A stretch of DNA of 64,000 bases from Porphyridium purpureum (lineage: Eukaryota), in assembly GCA_008690995.1 (NCBI GenBank), contig VRMN01000001.1, positions 3,162,001 through 3,226,000 on the forward strand, written 5' to 3'. How positions within the stretch are numbered: position 1 is the first letter of the stretch; every line of letters starts with the position of its first letter. The notes below the pieces were generated by a model that saw nothing but the letters and a program-made list of their open reading frames with translations, made no database searches and was not told the DNA's origin. Below, in pieces: positions 48,701 through 58,418 of this stretch. Made by a program: the position numbers and the translations under genes.

Positions 48701-50895
48701 TCTTCAAACCCTCCGTTGTCAAATGCCACGATAATGGCAAAGACGTAACGCCCGTACAGGACTACGCACCCAGCGACGAGCGCGAGTTTCCAGGGCCCGC
48801 TAAGGTACTCGTGGTCCACTTTCCAGATTGGCATCAGTAGCTGGACAATAAAAAGCACAAGGCAGATAAACAAATACGAATAGCTCACGTAGCACGTGGG
48901 CGTCAGCAACGGGAAAAGTAGCATCACAATATATGGCGCAAAGATGAAGTTTTTGCGCTGCAATAGCCAAAAAGGTGCAGCCGTGAGCGCTAGCACCTCT
49001 GCACGCGTCATCTCGAGCTCATGACTCCACGTGATGTGCACTTGAAGCGACGAAAGCACAGCAGTGATCGCATAATAAACGATTTGAGTCGTGGAAGCCG
49101 GTATGATGCCGACGGTCTGGAGCGAGCAGACAAACCCTGCGTCCCACTGACACACGACACCCGTACATACCAGCATGAAAAGGCTGTACACAAGCGAGCA
49201 TAGCCAAAGAAGCAAATGGATTCGTCTCGAGGCGGCCAAATGTCGAGTCGGGAACCCAAGAAACAGATTGTCGAGCACGAGAATGGCCAAAAAAATCGAA
49301 TTCAGCACACTCACGGTTGCGGAACCCGACAAAATCAAAAACGCAGACGCTGCAATGTGCAGCGCGACATTCACGGGGGAAAACATACCGTGCGTCCAAG
49401 GCGTGAGTCCACAGGCGCGACTGACAAGGTGCAGCCACGACGTACTTTGAAAACTGATCGCGCTTCCAAGCGCATAAAGTTGCTTCGAACAATAAATACT
49501 GGATGACAATAGGCCCAGCGCAAGCAGTTGTGCGCACAAACCTGCAAACGGAGCTGAAATTTCCCGCCAACCCAAATAAATCAAAATCGCTGACTGAGAC
49601 GACCAGTCAAATGCGTCCGCGAGAGCGGTATATATAAATTGCGCTGCGAATATGACCGTTCCGTACCCAAGGGCCAAATAGAATGGTCGCAGAGAGTAGA
49701 TGTCTTGCGTCAATAAAACCCACCCGCAAAAGGCGACAAGCACAAGAGACAGGGCACCCGGGTAGATGAGCGACCAAATGAAGAGTGGTACGATTGGAAA
49801 GCCGATGACCAGGCGCAAAAAGGCGATTCTCATATGCGTTTGAGTTGATGGCTGGCTTCGTTGCTGGAGCAGATATGCGACCTGTGCACTGGACCTGACG
49901 CGAAGTTTGGCCTTGAGAACTATACCTGATGTGACAAAGTAGGCCAGCGATGCCACGACAAGCACAATTGTTGTCCAACCTTGCGGCTGACGCGAGGACA
50001 CGCGTACCAGCCCAAGCAGCCGGCACGCACTGGACGCCACGGCGGCGTCCAGCCATTCTATTTGGAAAACGTACAGTATAAATATGTAAAGAATGGCAAA
50101 CCACCGCGTGAGCATGATAAATGCAAAATAGGTGTCCAGACTAACCCACGGATCCATTTTGTGCCACTGCGCTGCGGAACTAGCCACAAGTATCAGGAAC
50201 GCGCCACAGTAAACTGCCGTACAAAGGCTTGACAAGCTCACAGAGGCACAAAACAAGAACAAGTAGCTCCACGTGGTGCCTCCAAATCCGGCAAAGTACA
50301 GCACGACACGCGATGGCCGCGAATATGCTCCAGCGTCTTCGTCAGCACCCGAAACGTCCTTCCCGGCGTGCGTGATCTGTCTTGCGAATGCACTCGTCCT
50401 AGAGTGCACGCGCGAGGGCGCAGCATCGCCGAAGGTGGATCGAAAACCTGGCGACACAAAGAGAAAGTGGCGGCTTCGCAGGGCGAATGGAATCTGGTTC
50501 ACATTCACATACCCTAAAGCAAACGCCGATGCCGCTGCGACGAATATGTGCCCCAGGAGACACGAAATCCCCGCCCATGCCGAAATATCAAATCGGGCAA
50601 TTCCAATTGACTCTAGAGTGCTGCTACTGGAGGCGGCATCCAACACACCGGTTGCAATGAGCACAATCATTGCAAGCTGTAAGAGCAACACGGCGGTTGC
50701 ATAGATGATGTTAATAATAAGCGACACGAGAGGGAACGATTTGCGCAATGTAAACGACGGCCATATCAGCAGCATCGCGAACATTCCCAAATACAAAGCC
50801 GAGAGCAAGTTGAAGCGCAAAAATGACGCGCAGAGCAGCGTGGCCGGGAGCACTGCCTGCACAAACACCGCGCCACCCGCCGACGACGGCGCCAT
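42739..50895 (-). CDS. PIEZO: PIEZO mechanosensitive ion channel
   Basis: About 2720 aa with many transmembrane segments. C-terminal PFLYVARTLLDW, GQ...RFFQG...LLPFLLFSSINP, IIALY and IQDILQARQDNELDVEETL...VYRDSHELARWT match the PIEZO pore module. Confidence 0.9.
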   Translation of the reverse strand: MAPSSAGGAVFVQAVLPATLLCASFLRFNLLSALYLGMFAMLLIWPSFTLRKSFPLVSLIINIIYATAVLLLQLAMIVLIATGVLDAASSSSTLESIGIARFDISAWAGISCLLGHIFVAAASAFALGYVNVNQIPFALRSRHFLFVSPGFRSTFGDAAPSRVHSRTSAFARQITHAGKDVSGADEDAGAYSRPSRVVLYFAGFGGTTWSYLFLFCASVSLSSLCTAVYCGAFLILVASSAAQWHKMDPWVSLDTYFAFIMLTRWFAILYIFILYVFQIEWLDAAVASSACRLLGLVRVSSRQPQGWTTIVLVVASLAYFVTSGIVLKAKLRVRSSAQVAYLLQQRSQPSTQTHMRIAFLRLVIGFPIVPLFIWSLIYPGALSLVLVAFCGWVLLTQDIYSLRPFYLALGYGTVIFAAQFIYTALADAFDWSSQSAILIYLGWREISAPFAGLCAQLLALGLLSSSIYCSKQLYALGSAISFQSTSWLHLVSRACGLTPWTHGMFSPVNVALHIAASAFLILSGSATVSVLNSIFLAILVLDNLFLGFPTRHLAASRRIHLLLWLCSLVYSLFMLVCTGVVCQWDAGFVCSLQTVGIIPASTTQIVYYAITAVLSSLQVHITWSHELEMTRAEVLALTAAPFWLLQRKNFIFAPYIVMLLFPLLTPTCYVSYSYLFICLVLFIVQLLMPIWKVDHEYLSGPWKLALVAGCVVLYGRYVFAIIVAFDNGGFEEVVEFVFGLDRGVSAGALTAGDAVATATIGWQGYLFALNHLIAEEQRNGNILSASAGSVDLLRSPSSERMSPGYGGGSAGIRSPPSSSMRGSADLAHLPHRLPHEQTAGSSRSAISTLSPRILPPQYKPPVKVHGPAQPSPQRMTTMLPTHSTGGMQQRLNEVYVFALLAHIVRLILAFMMLLILNFGHMLVALGALFSAIWLLNPSLFALAYAVMGSLIIVFGTHLVVKNPVSGLHNVPKSGRVLPAVTLILACCFLSAQYIYMIFTAYHSDKRSTWYGYIGFVLVEDPDAIPLSVRAIVGHFLMTICCLLHRFASIYALTRSGVLDLTTGKVRNMEESPQFKLFSWSGSAGADPSEAKVRKSSTFKRIGARVGSGILGVAVRSDDDDESGAGAEDPQDGAKDFMLPDSARQRDAGTSRDKVRLEHVVEEVTFTVLAMDELMTGAEIREFTGSSRAISPVWRSGGAEISGRVGVRAQEEESSVQVGDMNRSGEPITERWQLAGATPEDQMLADRTESPAYLNHGSSKKGDMQEDESHRRAAEGGVLKREERIAGVLVVPDKANESVREEIDDFINADEGSKAAVLFLRIFVGWLRNVVGFLFMSVAVLVELVRLLLPFWVLWGFDISMCVLVIGATVVSSVFAAYHVVLVGFLFLLPRRLMRRFWNHVTLLLAVTFLVQFLMTLGFPAAVQGMVSGLDPAWQEWFYVDRFNLSNSRRWDLTIAYVALLCAGLTLHSLKRQTEKQAELFTREVNSELLDFATFQNRVRLVVLGGFAGVFAFFLLTASVFLPIVLFLILFLTACTMFAFFLSDAQSQARIYQAVRLYAICVLVAYVIYQAPFMSFAEESWATVVGLFKTSTHDGRLVIAIFAGVFVLGQVDGRIRESAFYSAVQFYLFTSSRLRTRRALRDHMRSRFVTILKTHKMVRDRSSRRERYEKYMRILPTLGTVEALYRANVKVNQVWFESESNNLKVQNARTQLGLHASARTGIVELVFRYVLRGQAWREFAHLSLFYETVQWIMRLSAVPVYLTTLIALILNPSIFTMMYMLYVFCVLVVERPRPSRAFWILFMISVVAVLLFKDFARGYWSNCEPPVPLFTYPLDDSTPYTPAVGNINVCALAAGILFDLFIFVALVFHRLVLAARGYWDASITDENARGLDEIPCTVTEYEAGRESAQMRQGPYPFAGLHPDPCEVISGDRVYSSIDQMRMCEAKFIEVDHVASAPKKDKMSASSALSSDAQAQSVVQPGNLFKPSGSSANGTPYEKPSTTSGCQKNTRTGSEDEAQERTVRFSNASTSEKVSSRRHSELDLDPNLDIHAGDGGNADVTNKQTRRPKDLSDSSPGLGSVSGDEEVDRVHSTFHVMRLYSGAEGGSGRANLIDFERSNPVISLLKQRLARFWKASQSRIVKDYYAFLFLFDLVCFIYMLFAWTFIFDDPGPDGSYNPWWEINYVPLGQVLTLLVMLLLMTADRVVYLRRALLLKALLHYASIGLYFGILFFYVNDFSQRPIAQGFFGLKAGYFFLSGFQLRAGFPFYTLGQYLMRYANLLFAGMFEVYYYTPFLYVARTLLDWAMVPSTLDFASNFHFADIRLWLFRSQYRNEILYFRRRKFGQATLPMVRFFQGICVFALIVFLLLLPFLLFSSINPFFENRTISRAELSVNIVAGQVTNELLTRVTDLTPQITKDAAAEIASFYNFSLFPAERTEWYGVEFPVGSSALWEPTPPDFALLAQLLRSYDEAAPPFLLYTIAIITQTDVFPARSQHVLSVSESLQLANALDSRQNTSLKFTNAIPRYWFLSSVSNAFEVAGTGDEAVCFSYFAGLEKWWSLRDCTANMMQCICAEDGSGQNTTSSTTYLFQMAQVSSLNIGGGTIIALYAIILGTLATAVRVPLSNGSLRLRATEMPYTPHLLQLIQDILQARQDNELDVEETLVRALFDVYRDSHELARWTGERILPPAEIWWKGENQVVSVPHWKRTRNEPYIKLKAE

Positions 50896-51463
50896 CACGG
50901 CAAGCGCCTGCTTCAAAGGAACAGGCCGCCCTCACACCCGGGCCTCCGGGGCCCCGGCGTCTGTCGAAGATTGACGCCCGCAACCCAATCCGCGCCGTGG
51001 CTCACTTGCTGTCTGCCAGTTCCCCTCCAATGCGTGCCGCACTCGCGCGCGTGTCAAACCCTCAGCGCAGAGGTACAGTGTACTTTGAGATTCATGGACA
51101 CGCTGTACCTCAGGATCGAGCGCAGGTGTTCAGTGCAACAGTACACGGCTTTGAGGCTTCTTCGAAGACGCGTCTTACAGGTGCATGTCGGCGGCGACAT
51201 GGGTCGCGTCTCGGAAAACTCTTGTATTCCCTGGTCAGCGCTGTCTGCCGGCATTGGCGGTGTCGCACAAAGAGCATAACACCGCTTGCTAAATGCCACA
51301 AGGCAGATTTATTTCTTGTGCATTTGATCCGGGGAATGTGTGGGCTTCGTAAAGTGGGTAGCTTCCGGCTTCTGCGCTGGTCTTGGTCTCCTTGAGTAGT
51401 CGACTGTGGTTTGCTCTCTTAAATACCACTAGAGTGGTGCCAGTGTTGGAATAAGCTCTTTGG

Positions 51464-51730
51464 ATGACGTGCCCAGCGGCACTCGCTGTGGGTGCGGTCC
51501 TCATCTCCTCCATTTTTCTGGCATTTTTCTCCACATTCTTGTCAATGGTGGTTTTCCGCGAGTTGCGCCATTGCGCGAGACTGTCGAAAGAGCAGCACTA
51601 TGACAAAACCTTTGGCAAACAGCAACCAGAGACTTTCGGAGAGCTCGTTGCCAACTTCCGCCTCTGCGCAAGCGCGGCTCGAAGACACGAGTGCGCGATT
51701 TGGCAACGGCTTTACCGAAGCGCAGTGTGA
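51464..51730 (+). CDS. Possible small single-pass membrane protein (88 aa)
   Basis: ATG start, a hydrophobic N-terminal stretch (AALAVGAVLISSIFLAFFSTFLSMVVF) and a position in an otherwise empty gap. No recognisable family. Confidence 0.3.
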   Translation: MTCPAALAVGAVLISSIFLAFFSTFLSMVVFRELRHCARLSKEQHYDKTFGKQQPETFGELVANFRLCASAARRHECAIWQRLYRSAV

Positions 51731-52274
51731 GGAGCAGCAAGAGCTGCACGGCCGCTAGCAACGGCACTCACGAGCCGCGCGGCGCAACAAGCATGGTGAG
51801 GGTCGCCGAGAGACGGCAGGAGCGAAGAGGTTCACCGCGCCGATGACAATAGGCGGCGTTTGCACGGAAAGCCGGGTCCGCCATATCTGACCGTTTCGCC
51901 GAGGGCGTGCCAATTTGGCGTGGAACTCAGCGCGATCCCAAAATGGATTCATGCCAAAGAACCCCGACGCTGCTGACGCTGCCGCTCCCTGCCAACAGCG
52001 ATCCGTCTCTGCACCGGCGAAATGGAACACGGCGCTCGATACTGATGTACAGCTGAACAAAAGTCACGGATCGAACTGTACTTTCGTGCAAAGTTTGTTG
52101 TTCGCAAAGCGCTGGACTTCACGGAAGAGGCGATTGAGTCCGACGGTTTCGGCTATCGAGCGTGCGTCTGGGTCTGAGGAGTCGTTCTGCGCTGCCGCAA
52201 ACGCGCTCGCACACACACGCAAGCGCGCACGTACCCTCGCGGAACGACCTTTTTTGCTCGCGGCGGGCGGCATT

Positions 52275-55013
52275 ATGTCCGCAATCCAGCTCTCTGGAGA
52301 TGAGTCCCGGTTGCATCGCGAAGCATCAGCCAACGTGCGGCTCAAGGCGCAGCGCCTCCGCGCAGCGCTGGCGGCCGATCTGACCGACGACGCGCTCGTT
52401 GCCGCAGCAGACGTCGCGCTTGAGCTCAAGGCTGGCACCGCAGCATCTGCGTTGTCGCCGAAATTATACTACGACGTGTACCTAGCTGTCACGGGCGAGT
52501 TGCGCGTGCTTGAAGCGTATCTGTACGAGCTGGCGCGATCGGGCGTCAGCATGCTCGAGGTATATGAAAAGGTACAGGCCACACCAGCTGCAATCCCCAG
52601 GCTGTACATGATGATCACGGTCGCTAGCGTTTTCGTGAAAAGCATGCAGAAGGACGTGCATGATATGCTGGGTGATCTCACCGAAATGTGCCGTGCCGTG
52701 CAGCATTCAGTGCGCGGCCTCTTTCTGCGAGCGTATCTGGTCCAAGCCATGAAGGACAAATTGCCCGACGAGGAGGACAGCACGCCTAGCAGTGGTGCGT
52801 CATCCGCCGCAGCAGCGACACCCGCCTTGCCGACAACGGCACCGAAAGCCCCGGAGGCCATCGAGTTCCTCTTGGCCAACTTTGCTGTAATGAATCGACT
52901 ATGGGTGAGGATGCAACATGACTCGCCTACTGTACGAAACGACGCGAAAAGTCGCGAACGCAGAGATTTGCGCCTTTTGGTGGGCTCAAATATTTCGACG
53001 CTGTCTCGACTTTCGTCGCTTAGCTTTGAACGATTCAAAGGCATCGTGCTGCCATTTCTGTGCGACCAGATTGTCCGTTGCGGCGACGCTACCGCGCAAG
53101 AGTATCTTGCGGACTGCATTGTGCAGGTCTTCCCGGATGAGTTTTTGTTGCAAACCATTCACGAGTTCTTGAGCATGTGTTCCAAGGTCTCTGAGCGTGT
53201 TAATATGCGCTCAATCATCTCGTCACTTTCGACTCGTTTGTCCAGATTTGCTTCTTCAAATTCTACAGACTCATACTTGGCATCCACGTCGCTTGCGTTC
53301 GAGGCCTTTCGTGAATGGCTGCCGGTCATTATGGAGTACAACGTAGACTCGATGAGTAAGTCCGATATGCTCGGTATCTATCTCTCTGTGCTCCAATTTG
53401 CACTCAAAGCTCACCCAGACAAGCTTGAGTATGTCGACAACGTATTCGCGCTATGCGTCAAGGTACTCAGCAGGGGATCAGCGAAGCCACAATCACACAG
53501 CGCCGACGCAAGTTCACCGCGCGCTCAGAAGAGTTCGGCGGATCCAGCGACTGGCGCTTCGACGAAAACACTTGGAACGGCGCCGGACGTACTCAGTGAG
53601 TTTTCTCAAGAAGAAACACTAGTGTTTCAGATTCTATCTGCGCCACTGTCAGCGCATCAGTCTATTCCTGTAGCGCTGCAGCTAAAGCAGTTCCCCGAGC
53701 TGGTGGCGTTTCTGTGCTTCCGCACGCGTCAGCGCGCCGCTGCGGCGCTGCTCCAATGCCAGCCGCATTACACGCCTTGCATTGCTCTGACGCAGGAGCT
53801 GCACGTGCTGTTTAATTTTATCGCGCCGCTACTTGACGACGGTGTACAGAGCAAGAGCGATGATACCGAATCAGGTACGGACTCGGTGTCGGCAGCCGTT
53901 TACCATCCATATCTTTTTCCGCGAGAGCAAGCCACTTCATCGCGGGTGGGAGCGTCGCCAGCCGTCCCGGCCGCGTCAGCAATCGCGCCCCGAGAGGATG
54001 AATCCCTGGTGCGTATTCGCGTCATGGTTGATGAGTGTGAACGGCTCGTTTCCAAAGTCATCTACTTGATTGATTCTCCCAATGTGTTGCACAGATACAA
54101 CATGTACCGCACACTTCGCACGAGATTACGCATATCCTCGCACCTGGGCTGGGGCGTCATGACGTTGCCGACCTTGATCTATAATTGCTTCTCACTTGTC
54201 CTGGACGCAGACGAAACCAAAGTGAGGCAAAGAGATAGCGGGAAAGATGTGGGACCTTGCCCCGACGTAGAAGCTGTGCTCCAGTTTCTCACCGAGCTGT
54301 TAGTCGAATACGCGCCTCTGCGTGAGGAATGTGCCTTGCAGCTGTACTGCCAGGCGGCGGTGACGGCGAGCCGTTGCAAATCGCTGCCGCTCGCGAACAG
54401 GAGTGTGGTACTGGAGTATTTTTCAAACGCGTTGTCGCTTCATGAAACGTCTCGTGAGCTATCCTCATCTAACCGTCAGTTTTTGTCACTCATCAAGCTG
54501 GTCAGTACGTTGCAGCACCTCAACACATTGCGTGGACTTGACGCGGAGGACTATGCCGTGCTTTCAAATCGTATGGTCAGGTATGCTCACAACTTGCTGG
54601 CGCGGGCAGAGCAAGTTCTTGCACTAAGCGCTTGCACGTTGCTTTTCTGGAACCCAGTTCAAGACGCCGCAAACAGCGCTGAGCGTACCGAAAGCATCAG
54701 CCAGATGTCCGAGCAAGTCCTGAACGTGATTGGACTCGCCATGGCATCGTCGCGGCGCTGCCTGTCCAACGGTGAGCAAGCATTATGCTTGATTGACATT
54801 CTTGTACGCTGTGTTTACCTCATTGAGGCTGGATGTGATCGCATTCGCGAGCGCGGCTTCGTGCGCGAGCTGATTGGTACAATCCATGCTGTACTGGATT
54901 TCAATGTGAAAAAGAGCTCTGCTGTGTACAAGCTCTGTATGTCGCGCCTGCATCGCAGCGTGTCCTACATGCGCAGAAAGCCAGAAATATTTGATTTTGT
55001 CGTGCACGAATAG
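52275..55013 (+). CDS. VPS35: Retromer subunit VPS35
   Basis: LSPKLYYDVY, YEKVQ...IPRLYMMITV, EMCRAVQHSVRGLFLRAYL, NFAVMNRLWVRMQH and AQEYLADCIVQVFPDEF. Likely ATG at 52275. Confidence 0.93.
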   Translation: MSAIQLSGDESRLHREASANVRLKAQRLRAALAADLTDDALVAAADVALELKAGTAASALSPKLYYDVYLAVTGELRVLEAYLYELARSGVSMLEVYEKVQATPAAIPRLYMMITVASVFVKSMQKDVHDMLGDLTEMCRAVQHSVRGLFLRAYLVQAMKDKLPDEEDSTPSSGASSAAAATPALPTTAPKAPEAIEFLLANFAVMNRLWVRMQHDSPTVRNDAKSRERRDLRLLVGSNISTLSRLSSLSFERFKGIVLPFLCDQIVRCGDATAQEYLADCIVQVFPDEFLLQTIHEFLSMCSKVSERVNMRSIISSLSTRLSRFASSNSTDSYLASTSLAFEAFREWLPVIMEYNVDSMSKSDMLGIYLSVLQFALKAHPDKLEYVDNVFALCVKVLSRGSAKPQSHSADASSPRAQKSSADPATGASTKTLGTAPDVLSEFSQEETLVFQILSAPLSAHQSIPVALQLKQFPELVAFLCFRTRQRAAAALLQCQPHYTPCIALTQELHVLFNFIAPLLDDGVQSKSDDTESGTDSVSAAVYHPYLFPREQATSSRVGASPAVPAASAIAPREDESLVRIRVMVDECERLVSKVIYLIDSPNVLHRYNMYRTLRTRLRISSHLGWGVMTLPTLIYNCFSLVLDADETKVRQRDSGKDVGPCPDVEAVLQFLTELLVEYAPLREECALQLYCQAAVTASRCKSLPLANRSVVLEYFSNALSLHETSRELSSSNRQFLSLIKLVSTLQHLNTLRGLDAEDYAVLSNRMVRYAHNLLARAEQVLALSACTLLFWNPVQDAANSAERTESISQMSEQVLNVIGLAMASSRRCLSNGEQALCLIDILVRCVYLIEAGCDRIRERGFVRELIGTIHAVLDFNVKKSSAVYKLCMSRLHRSVSYMRRKPEIFDFVVHE

Positions 55014-55713
55014 GTCTAAGATTGCAAGATTCGCATCCGAGCTAACAGAGCCTGTCATGAATGGATCTCGTGGGACTTTTTGAATTGGCTCGCGAAGTCG
55101 TCGAGCTGCTGCTTCGCCAATCAGCTCAACGCTAGGAACAGGTGTTGGGGGTGGCGGAGGAACTTGATTGCTTTGTTCACAGTCAAATGACGGAAGAGTG
55201 TATCGGCATTAGTAGATGGAGCGTGGCTGCTTTGCATCCCAACGCGCTATGCTAACCGAGGCCAAAGTGTGATCAAAGAGTCGGCCCATCGGATGCAAGC
55301 AGACCAAAAAACAAGAAACCATTGGCAAGGTCTACCGTTCACAACGGAATCAATTAAGTATAACATAAACGAGAAGGAGTAAAGGACAGTTGACATCCTG
55401 TTGAAACGGGCGAACGCGCTAGCTTGCGCAGATTAGCTGGCGCAATGCGAAACGAAAAGGAAGATCTTCAGGATAGCTCGATGCCTCGCAAGCGCCATCG
55501 CGGATGTTTCCAACTAACGCCGGGGACAGAAGAAGCGCAAAGCTTGATTGCCAGATACTGCGTGATGCCTGCGTAAATGCGCATGAAGGAGTGCGCACAA
55601 ATGGGGAAACCCTGGTGTGGAATCCAGCATCGCAATACCTCCGGAGGTGTCGTTGTCTTCAAAGTTCGTGAATTTGTGATTCAATATATAATTACCTATG
55701 CGTCGATCGCCAT

Positions 55714-57489
55714 CTAGAATGCAAAGCTTTCCGAGACTACGTGTTCTACTCCAAGCTCTTGCAAAATACGAGTCGTGCTATCCATAAATCCAGCTGGGCC
55801 ACACACAAAGGCGACGGTTTCTTCCGCAAGATTCACATCCGCGAGCAAACGACTCAAATCGTCCTTTGTGGCGTAACCTGCATGGGCACTCGCCTGAGAA
55901 ACCAAAGACGAAGCGAATTCCTCTTGTGTTCTGCGAGACAGGAAAAAGTGCACGTCCGTTTCAGGATCGACGCGATTCCTGCGCACGAGCTCCCCGGCAA
56001 ATGGGATTTCATGCTCCGTGCGCTCCGTGTGCACAAGCTTCACCTTTGTGTCGTTCAAATTAAATCCACGAAGCCCCCGCAAAATGGCCATGCTCGGTGT
56101 GATCCCAATCCCGGCGCTGAATAAGAGAACGTTAGCTGCTGAGCACGAGGGAATATGGTCCTCACTCATCATAATGGGCGTCATGTGCCCGTCAACAGCC
56201 AGCAGCGTCACTTGTTGGCCGAGCTTCGCCTCATCATGCAACCACTTGCTCGCGTGTCCGTCTGGATTCCGCTTGACACTTATTTCAAGGAACGTGTCTC
56301 CAAGCAATGACCCAATAGTTTCTGAAATCGTCCATGACCGCACGCAAGTATCGTCATTTCCCTCACGATCCGGGATGGGCAGTACAAATGTTGCATACTG
56401 ACCGGGCAGAAAATGCAGCGTTCTGTCTGAGACAAAACGAAACGATTTCACATTGGGACTTTCTTCTTTGATGCGCATCAAGGTCAGCGTTGTTTCTGAG
56501 TTTTCCTTGCGGCCTATTTCATGCGCCGGTGCAATTTGTGGATTATAGGGCGAATATTCACACAGATCCCAGTGATAGTTGAATGCGTGGCGAGTGAAAC
56601 GCACCTGCGAGACATGCAATGCAACTTTGCGCCTCGTCAGGTCCTGATCGTCCCAAACTACAAACGCGTCCCCCGTAATCTGCACAACGCTACCGTGTTG
56701 GAAGTCTATGACAGTGATGCCAGCACGAGGGTTCACGTCCAGGTTCCCGAGGCTCTGAAACATTCCATTTCCTCGATAATCATCGAATTCAATCCGCGTA
56801 CCGTTTTGATCATCAAATACCCGGATAAAGCCGGGATTACCACCACGAACGTTCGCATCCGCGCCAGTTGGCTCGAAGAATGTGCCCAGGAACAATGTGT
56901 CCGCACGCTCTACCAGTGCACGCGCCTCGGGCGAAAGCCCGCTGTGTGCCACTATGGGTACTGCGGCGACATTGAATGGCGTCACATCCGCCATATTGTC
57001 CGGAAGTTTCCTGCGGGTGATGTACTTGGGGCAATTTGGAAAAGCCTCCTTCACGTGAATATCGATTCTCTCTCCGGCTTCAGAACTTCCCACGACAATA
57101 CCATTTGTCCTGTACCTTGCACGGTTTGCAAAGTCGATAGCTAGCACACCCACGGGCGACACAGCTGCCGCAGCAGATCCTTTCGTGTTCTCGAAGAAAA
57201 TGTCTGTTGGGTGGAATACTGCAGGTGCATCTATGTGAAGGGCCTGACCGAGTTCCGGGTCCATGGAAAGAATCTTGCCAGAGAATCGCATGGCGGGACT
57301 CACCCAGACGTGCCCATGCACTGGATCGACGCTTGAGACAATCACTGTTTGTGCCGACTCGATGTCGTGCTTCTTGTGCAATGGCACATTCGTTGCGATG
57401 ACAGCACCATTCTCCAGAGCCATACCCACAGTGCGAGCCTTTCTCTGTATCGCCACTTCCCCCTGGTGAAAGGGTACGTAGGGCGCCAT
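55714..57489 (-). CDS. Tandem pyridoxamine-5'-phosphate-oxidase-like (split barrel) plus FNR-type FAD/NAD-binding oxidoreductase
   Basis: PFHQGEVAIQ, ANRARYRTNG, EAFPNCPKYI, RGGNPGFIRV, DYRGNGMFQSLGNL, SPYNP, then FLPGQY, RSWTIS, AGIGITP, VCGPAGF and a terminal ESFAF. No 2Fe-2S domain. ATG at 57489. Confidence 0.88.
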   Translation of the reverse strand: MAPYVPFHQGEVAIQRKARTVGMALENGAVIATNVPLHKKHDIESAQTVIVSSVDPVHGHVWVSPAMRFSGKILSMDPELGQALHIDAPAVFHPTDIFFENTKGSAAAAVSPVGVLAIDFANRARYRTNGIVVGSSEAGERIDIHVKEAFPNCPKYITRRKLPDNMADVTPFNVAAVPIVAHSGLSPEARALVERADTLFLGTFFEPTGADANVRGGNPGFIRVFDDQNGTRIEFDDYRGNGMFQSLGNLDVNPRAGITVIDFQHGSVVQITGDAFVVWDDQDLTRRKVALHVSQVRFTRHAFNYHWDLCEYSPYNPQIAPAHEIGRKENSETTLTLMRIKEESPNVKSFRFVSDRTLHFLPGQYATFVLPIPDREGNDDTCVRSWTISETIGSLLGDTFLEISVKRNPDGHASKWLHDEAKLGQQVTLLAVDGHMTPIMMSEDHIPSCSAANVLLFSAGIGITPSMAILRGLRGFNLNDTKVKLVHTERTEHEIPFAGELVRRNRVDPETDVHFFLSRRTQEEFASSLVSQASAHAGYATKDDLSRLLADVNLAEETVAFVCGPAGFMDSTTRILQELGVEHVVSESFAF

Positions 57490-57677
57490 CGCTCTCAGGC
57501 CTATGATACCGTGTCCCTCTCCAGTTTTCCGTGCGGCAACTCGATCGTAAATGCACTTTGTTTTTCTCGACACTTTCCGCGGCAGCAAGTAGTCTTGAAA
57601 TATTTCAATGGACCACTCCGTCGCTTACTCAACTTGATTGTTCGCTGCGGACTGTGATCGCGGAATACGACGCCACA

Positions 57678-57685
57678 CTTTATAC
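57678..57685 (-). promoter_or_regulatory. Putative TATA box (TATAAAG) for the oxidoreductase gene
   Basis: ctttatac on the + strand reads GTATAAAG on the - strand, about 190 bp upstream of ATG 57489. Confidence 0.45.
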
Positions 57686-58170
57686 ACATGCGGGCTGTGC
57701 GCGCTCGCCTTTTCTGCCAAGCGTCCACCAGGCCTGTCACCTACACTGACATGCCATGTAGAAATTATCCTCACAGGGAGTATCTACTCTGACCTCGGCA
57801 GGTCAGCCATGTTCGCCCGTCCGGTACGAGTCACGTGCGAATCTTTTCTCCTGGTTCCCATCTTGCCACGTACCCCTTTCGCGCTGTGTCCAACAGAAGG
57901 TAGACCGAGGCACACACGTACGACAGCGGCAGCGAAAATCGAGAAGAAGAGCCCGCGCGCTTCTGTTTCTACCCGCAACCGATGGACGAAAGTCATTCGT
58001 ATCACGGACAATGGCCGCGACGACGATGCGCACCTTTCAGAAAGTCTCTTCATGCGCCATGCGTTGTAGAGAAATTATCTCCAGCAAAGTGAAATGCCCG
58101 CGAGAAAACTCCCCTGCAGGAAGTGGAGAAAATGTGTGTGGCGGTCGAAGCGGGAGAAACGGTTCACGCG

Positions 58171-58178
58171 TATAAAAG
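58171..58178 (+). promoter_or_regulatory. Putative TATA box (TATAAAAG) for the GST gene
   Basis: cgTATAAAAGg about 245 bp upstream of ATG 58419. Confidence 0.5.
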
Positions 58179-58418
58179 GTGCGACCACAAGCGTCGTTCC
58201 ACGAAATACTTACCATCTTCCATCTTCCACTGACTTGAGAGGAGAGCGAGAGAGCGAGCACAAAAGGTGAACGGCAAGTCGCAGAGGAAGTGTACAAGGA
58301 TCGCTTCACACAGACTAGACAGATCTCACGGAAAAGCTGTTGACGAGGCGCAGGCGCTTCTGGCTTTCAAGTTCTTGTGGCGATTGCAGAACGTGAGACT
58401 CTTGGGTTGCGATTCATC

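Noticed and set aside
55714..57489. The FNR-domain oxidoreductase as the missing diaphorase of the truncated nitrate reductase
   Set aside because: It lies 23 kb away and belongs to the PNPOx-fused family rather than the cytochrome b5 reductase type. There is no evidence of partnership.
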